In this document: piece after piece, positions 35,376-38,111 of the stretch
Numbering within the stretch: position 1 is the stretch's first letter
Layout of the letters: each line of letters opens with the position of its first letter
Source: Oscillospiraceae bacterium
Lineage (GTDB): Bacteria; Bacillota; Clostridia; Oscillospirales; CAG-272
Reading direction: 5' to 3'
Length of the DNA stretch: 38,111 nt
NCBI GenBank assembly: GCA_009779295.1
Contig: WREN01000002.1
Span: 1 to 38,111, forward strand
Program-made: the position numbers and the translations under genes
Notes under the pieces: generated by a model
Databases searched by the model: none
What the model was told of the DNA's origin: nothing
The model's input: the letters and a program-made list of their open reading frames with translations, nothing else

Positions 35376-35954
35376 ATGAAAAAATCTTTTGTAATAGCAA
35401 TTGCCGCGGTTTCTGGCGGTGGAAAAACCACGGTTGTGGGCGCGTTGAAGAAACGGCTTAATAATTCCGCCGTGATTTATTTTGACGATTACGGCGACGC
35501 TGTTGACCTTCCTCCCGGACGTGACATTAACGAATGGGCGGCTGACGGCGGCGACCATAATGAGTGGAATACAGAACCGATTACCACCGATATTGAAAGA
35601 CTGTTACACGAACCGTATGAATATATAATTCTCGATTATCCGTTCGGTTACATGAACGATTGCGTGGGGAAGTACATCGATTTGAGTGTTTTTATAGATA
35701 CGCCGCTTGATGTGGCGCTCGCGCGGCGGATTATCCGCGATTTCACAAGCCGCTCAATGGAAAGCGAATTCGGACTTGACGATGTCGGCGAAGTAAATCT
35801 TGAATCACTTGACGAGTATCTCCGCTGGTATTTGGAACATTCCCGCCCGACATACGTTTGGAGTGTTGAAATATCCAAGCCGGCGGTCGATTTAGTTGTG
35901 GACGGCACGAAACCGCCGGATGAAATTGTTGAAAAGATTTTGGAGGCATTATGA
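35376..35954 (+). CDS. P-loop NTPase, uridine-kinase-like
   Basis: IAIAAVSGGGKTT, YFDDY, ILDYPF, VFIDTPLDVALARRIIRD. Confidence 0.8.
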   Translation: MKKSFVIAIAAVSGGGKTTVVGALKKRLNNSAVIYFDDYGDAVDLPPGRDINEWAADGGDHNEWNTEPITTDIERLLHEPYEYIILDYPFGYMNDCVGKYIDLSVFIDTPLDVALARRIIRDFTSRSMESEFGLDDVGEVNLESLDEYLRWYLEHSRPTYVWSVEISKPAVDLVVDGTKPPDEIVEKILEAL

Positions 35955-36478
35955 TAAAAACAATTAACGCAGAAGAAAAATATTATATCTACACACCGGA
36001 GAAAGAAACCCTTCCGAAAGCGATATTGCAGGTTACAAACGATATTGAAGCGGAATTTTTAACGTCGAACGGCGTTATCGTTTGCGGAACCGAAGGTAAC
36101 GATCTGCACGCGCTGTATGAAACCATGCGCAGAAAATACCGCAGTCTGCCGTATATCATGATGGGGCAAGGTATGGGGTCGTATCTCGTGCGCGATTATA
36201 TTTCGGAACACGGAAAAAACATTGACGGCGCGGTTTTGGTTGATGTTAATCCTAAAAAAGATCACTCGTATAAACAAATTATCAAAAAAATTAAAAAAGG
36301 CAAATGGCTGCCTAACGTTCCGCCGAGTCTTTCGATATTCACGGACGATGAAGCGTTAAACGATACCTTCATCGAAGCCGAACTCAATGACGTTACAAAT
36401 AAATCTTATAGCGAAACGAATCTTCTTGACTTTATCAATTATGTTTACGAAGGCGTTATCGCGTCGAAAATATTATGA
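35951..36478 (+). CDS. Shortened alpha/beta-hydrolase (lysophospholipase-like) lacking the catalytic Ser
   Basis: PKAILQV, DLH.L, LPYIMMGQGMGSYLVRDY..IDGAVL, aligning by eye with GHSMGS-type lysophospholipases. Confidence 0.6.
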   Translation: MIKTINAEEKYYIYTPEKETLPKAILQVTNDIEAEFLTSNGVIVCGTEGNDLHALYETMRRKYRSLPYIMMGQGMGSYLVRDYISEHGKNIDGAVLVDVNPKKDHSYKQIIKKIKKGKWLPNVPPSLSIFTDDEALNDTFIEAELNDVTNKSYSETNLLDFINYVYEGVIASKIL

Positions 36479-36894
36479 AGAAATATTTAGGCGTTGATTT
36501 CGGCGAGGCGCGGACTGGACTTGCCGTCAGCGATTCGTTAGGACTAATGGCGCACGGTATCGGTACGGTTAAGACGGGCGGGTTCGCAAATTTGATTCAA
36601 GTCATCAAAGAGAAACTCGCGGAATATAGTATAAACAGCATCGTTGTCGGTAATCCCGTCAACATGAACGGTTCGGTTGGCGAGAAGTCGGGAGTAATTC
36701 AAATGTTAGCGGAACGGATTAAAATGGAATTGGGCGTAGAAGTTATTCTTTTTGACGAGCGTTGCACCACGATGACCGCGCATAAAATCCTCAACGAAAC
36801 CGATACGCGCGGAAAAAAACGCAAAGCAGTTATTGATACGCTCGCCGCCGAAATAATTTTACAAAATTACCTTGATTCGATTTCCAAATTATGA
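36475..36894 (+). CDS. ruvX: Pre-16S rRNA nuclease / Holliday junction resolvase-like YqgF (RuvX)
   Basis: LGVDFGEARTGLAVSD, IVVGNP.NMNG, DERCTT, IDTLAAEIILQNYLD. Confidence 0.95.
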   Translation: MKKYLGVDFGEARTGLAVSDSLGLMAHGIGTVKTGGFANLIQVIKEKLAEYSINSIVVGNPVNMNGSVGEKSGVIQMLAERIKMELGVEVILFDERCTTMTAHKILNETDTRGKKRKAVIDTLAAEIILQNYLDSISKL

Positions 36895-36900
36895 TATAAT
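36872..36900 (+). promoter_or_regulatory. rnpB promoter
   Basis: TTGATT-17 nt-TATAAT with extended TG, 6 nt before the RNA 5' end. Confidence 0.75.
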
Positions 36901-36906
36901 ATAGTT

Positions 36907-37302
36907 GGAACTAAGCTGTGCAATCGCGTGATAGTTGATCGAAAGATTTTATCATGAGGAAAGTCCGGGCTTCGCAGGGCAGGATAACGGATAACGTCCG
37001 CCGAAGGCAACTTCAGGGAGAGTGCAACAGAAATAAACCGCCGTATTATTAAGATGTGGCAAGGATGGAAAGGCGAGGTAAGAGCTCACCCCGCGCTCTG
37101 GCGACTTAGCGCGGCTGTAAACCCTATCCGAAGCAACACCCACTTGGGATTTGTTTGCCCGACGTATAATCCCACGGGTGGCACGAACGCAGCGGCAACG
37201 CTGCGTCCAGATAGATGATTGCAGTCGAAAATGCTTCGCATTATCGACCTGAAAATGCTCCGCATTTTCGGAACACAGAACCCGGCTTACAGGCTTAATT
37301 CC
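36907..37302 (+). ncRNA. rnpB: RNase P RNA (type A)
   Basis: GAGGAAAGTCCGGGCT, AGTGCAACAGAAA, GGTAAGAGC, TAAACCC, AGATAGATGATTGC, ACAGAACCCGGCTTA. The 5' GGAACTAAGC pairs with the 3' GCTTAATTCC (P1). Confidence 0.96.
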
Positions 37303-37313
37303 ACCAAAACTTA

Positions 37314-37352
37314 AACCGGTGTCAAACATAAATGGCATCGGTTATGTGTTTT
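37314..37352 (+). terminator. Probable rnpB terminator hairpin
   Basis: AACCGGTGTCA..TGGCATCGGTT (with G-U pairs) followed by a T-rich tract. Confidence 0.5.
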
Positions 37353-37366
37353 AAGGAGTGAACGAT

Positions 37367-38111
37367 ATGAAAAAATTTTTATTAATTATTTTTATCTGTA
37401 TTCTTTTTTCGGCGTGCAATAAAATAGATTCATTTGTTGAAACAGACGAAACCACCTCCGAGCCGCAAACAATGGAAGAAGATATACCCGTTATTGAAAT
37501 CCTGCCGCCCGAAAATCGAAACGGCGCAGGGAATTTGAGTCAAAGTGGTATGGCGCATATACACGGGGACTGGATTTATTATAACAATTATATAGAAAAC
37601 GGTCATCTTTATAAAATAAATATTCACAATAACGAAAAAATAAAATTAAACGAAGACAACAGTCATTATATACAAATAGTCGGTGACTGGATATATTATT
37701 GTGAAAAAAATATTTATAAAATCCGAATGGACGGAACAGAAAGAACTCAAATAAATGAAGATTCAAGCATCAGCGTAATTGTTTCCGGCGATTGGGTTTA
37801 TTATATTAATACAGACGAAGATTCTTATATTTATAAAATCCGTACCGACGGTACGGAAAGAACTTTATTATTCAATGACAGAAGCGGTATCATTGATGTT
37901 ATCGACGATTGGGTTTATTTTTGGTATTATTGGGATACTTTCATTTATAAAATGCGAACCGACGGTTCTGAAATGACACAAGTAAACAATGAAAGAAGCA
38001 GTGATATTGTCATTGCCGATAATTGGATTTATTATAAAATAGCGGAATCTCCGTATCTGTTATATTATAAAAATCTTTATAAAATGCGTTTGGACGGATC
38101 GGAAAAAACGC
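37367..38111 (+). CDS. DUF5050-like beta-propeller lipoprotein, partial (runs off the window end)
   Basis: ATG 37367 behind AAGGAG. MKKFLLIIFICILFSAC lipobox, then repeated DWIYY...IYKIRxDGTE blades. Confidence 0.85.
   Translation, partial: MKKFLLIIFICILFSACNKIDSFVETDETTSEPQTMEEDIPVIEILPPENRNGAGNLSQSGMAHIHGDWIYYNNYIENGHLYKINIHNNEKIKLNEDNSHYIQIVGDWIYYCEKNIYKIRMDGTERTQINEDSSISVIVSGDWVYYINTDEDSYIYKIRTDGTERTLLFNDRSGIIDVIDDWVYFWYYWDTFIYKMRTDGSEMTQVNNERSSDIVIADNWIYYKIAESPYLLYYKNLYKMRLDGSEKT

Noticed and set aside
36952-37338. 128-aa minus-strand ORF
   Set aside because: Antisense to rnpB, a common spurious call.
37560-38111. Repeated TATAAAAT-CG-A-GGACGG segments as DNA repeat elements
   Set aside because: They are coding repeats for beta-propeller blades of the DUF5050-like protein.

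Overview
Chromosomal window from a bacterium that is most likely a Clostridia-type Firmicute. This is inferred from sigma-A promoters with extended -10 boxes, GAAC-N4-GTTY boxes, Mini-III and lipoprotein solute-binding proteins. It holds about 38 CDSs. These include a MoxR/DUF58/transglutaminase triad, mrnC, mscL, a ROK kinase, several catabolic-looking clusters with orphan solute-binding lipoproteins, ttcA-iscS, nrdG, purM, rbsK, an ATL gene and yqgF/ruvX. The RNase P RNA gene (rnpB) lies near the 3' end. Two things stand out. (1) A family of ~45-65 bp GC-rich double-hairpin repeats occurs at seven intergenic loci, as inverted doublets, a singlet and collapsed remnants. One inverted pair directly brackets a DUF559 (Vsr-like) endonuclease gene, which resembles the REP/RAYT layout but with a nuclease that is not an HUH transposase. 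(2) A compact type IV-filament-like operon (transglutaminase lipoprotein, PilC-like platform, four atypical pilin-like proteins, PilT) has no PilB or prepilin peptidase in the window. Smaller observations are a double LexA-box promoter in front of a metabolic operon, a decayed BrnT/BrnA-like TA pair, a probable ATT start for mrnC, a miniaturised serine-less alpha/beta hydrolase and a duplicated hairpin in rnpB. All calls come from reading motifs by eye; no database searches were run.
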